From: Eledone cirrhosa
Taxonomy: Eukaryota
NCBI GenBank assembly: GCA_964016885.1
Contig: OZ024742.1
Location: 73,346,001-73,410,000 of the forward strand
DNA length: 64,000 nucleotides
Direction of reading: 5' to 3'
Positions 62,930 to 64,000 of the stretch are shown one piece after another (position 1 is the stretch's first letter; every line of letters begins with the position of its first letter). The position numbers and the translations under genes are program-made. Under the pieces are notes generated by a model, which saw only the letters and a list, made by a program, of their open reading frames with translations, was not told the origin of the DNA and made no database searches.

Positions 62930-64000
62930 AGCCAGACTCTCCCAGTTCTCCATATCAATCTTCAGAGCTTTAAGATTGTCTTTTATGACATCCTTAAACT
63001 GCTTCTTTGGTTTATGCTGTGGCATCTTCTCTCTGGTTAGTTTCCCATAAAATAATTGCTTAAGCCACTTTCCATCTTCCATCCTGAGCACATGACCTGG
63101 TTCATTCTAATCCTCCTCTCAATACTGGTGCTGCCTGCTTTCTCAAGTACAGCAGCATCAAGTGTGTAAGAGGACCACTTGATGTTCATGATGCATCAGA
63201 TACAATGATGATGAAACCTTTCCAGCTGCCTGATGTGATGCCTGTACGTTGCCCACTTTTCACATCCATATAGCAGGGCTGTAAGAAGACAGCCCTCATA
63301 CACTGTGTATCTATTGTGATACCTCGATGTGACCAGATTTGCTTCTCAAGCTTCCCGAAGGCAAGACTCGACTTCACAATCCTGTGATCTATTTCAGCAT
63401 CGAGAGTACCATCTCTAGTAAGTGTAACTCTGAGATACACGAAGCTGTCCACCACTTCAAGTCTTTTTCCTCTCATGAAAATGTCTAGCTTCACATACAC
63501 TTCCTCAACTGGTGGAGTGTACATGACCTTTGTCTTTTTTAGACTAATATTTAGCCCAAACACAGTGTATGCATTGGAGAAGGTGTCCAATATGAACTGC
63601 ATGTCCTCTACAGTGTGTACCACAAAATCTGTATCATCAGCATACAAGAACTCCCTAACAAGAGAGCCAAATATTTTGGACCTGGCGTTAAAGACTTTTC
63701 CAGAGGTTCTAATTTACAAGTATACACCAATTTCGAAGTCTTGGAAGGCAGATGTTAGCAGAATGGCAAATTAGATGGAGAACAGAGTGGGTGCAGGTAT
63801 GCCTCCTTGCTTGACACCGTTTTCCACTGAAATCAGCTCTGAAAGTGTCCCATTGAAGTTCACTTTTGCTTTCATATTTCGATGGAGTTTCTTTAATTTT
63901 CCAGCAAATTCATGGGGACATCAAAGTTTCCCCAATATGACCCACAATGCACTATGATTAACAGTATCAAAGATTTTGGTAAGGTTCACAAATACTTGGT
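62930..64000 (-). mobile_element. RTE-BovB-like LINE fragment (runs off the window end)
   Basis: FDTV, GVKQG, APTLF, VREFLYADD, GLNISLKKTKVM, KQLFYG; many lesions. Confidence 0.88.

Overview
Repeat-saturated, AT-rich eukaryotic (metazoan) DNA with no confidently identifiable host gene. The SINE/LINE complement and microsatellite density suggest a cephalopod, probably an octopus (inference). Most ORFs in the supplied track are translated microsatellites. The window holds many decayed retrotransposons: two RTE subfamilies whose RT carries an inserted C4HC3 PHD-like finger, plus RTE-BovB-, CR1-, CRE-, HERO- and R4/Dong-like fragments. It also holds a full-length but dead DD34E Tc1 transposon with IR/DR ends, several tRNA-derived SINE families, and a Penelope-like element (PLE) with a C-terminal GIY-YIG-type endonuclease. 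The most striking signal is a set of at least ten hammerhead ribozyme cores (CUGANGA...GAAA, short stem III, NUH, complementary stem I) in otherwise dissimilar short elements sitting in (TA)n tracts. Many of these elements form long inverted or fold-back duplications, two of which fold exactly at ribozyme stem II, and they share a downstream GAGTGCT motif with the PLE terminal repeat. Coordinates were read by eye and may be off by a few bases.
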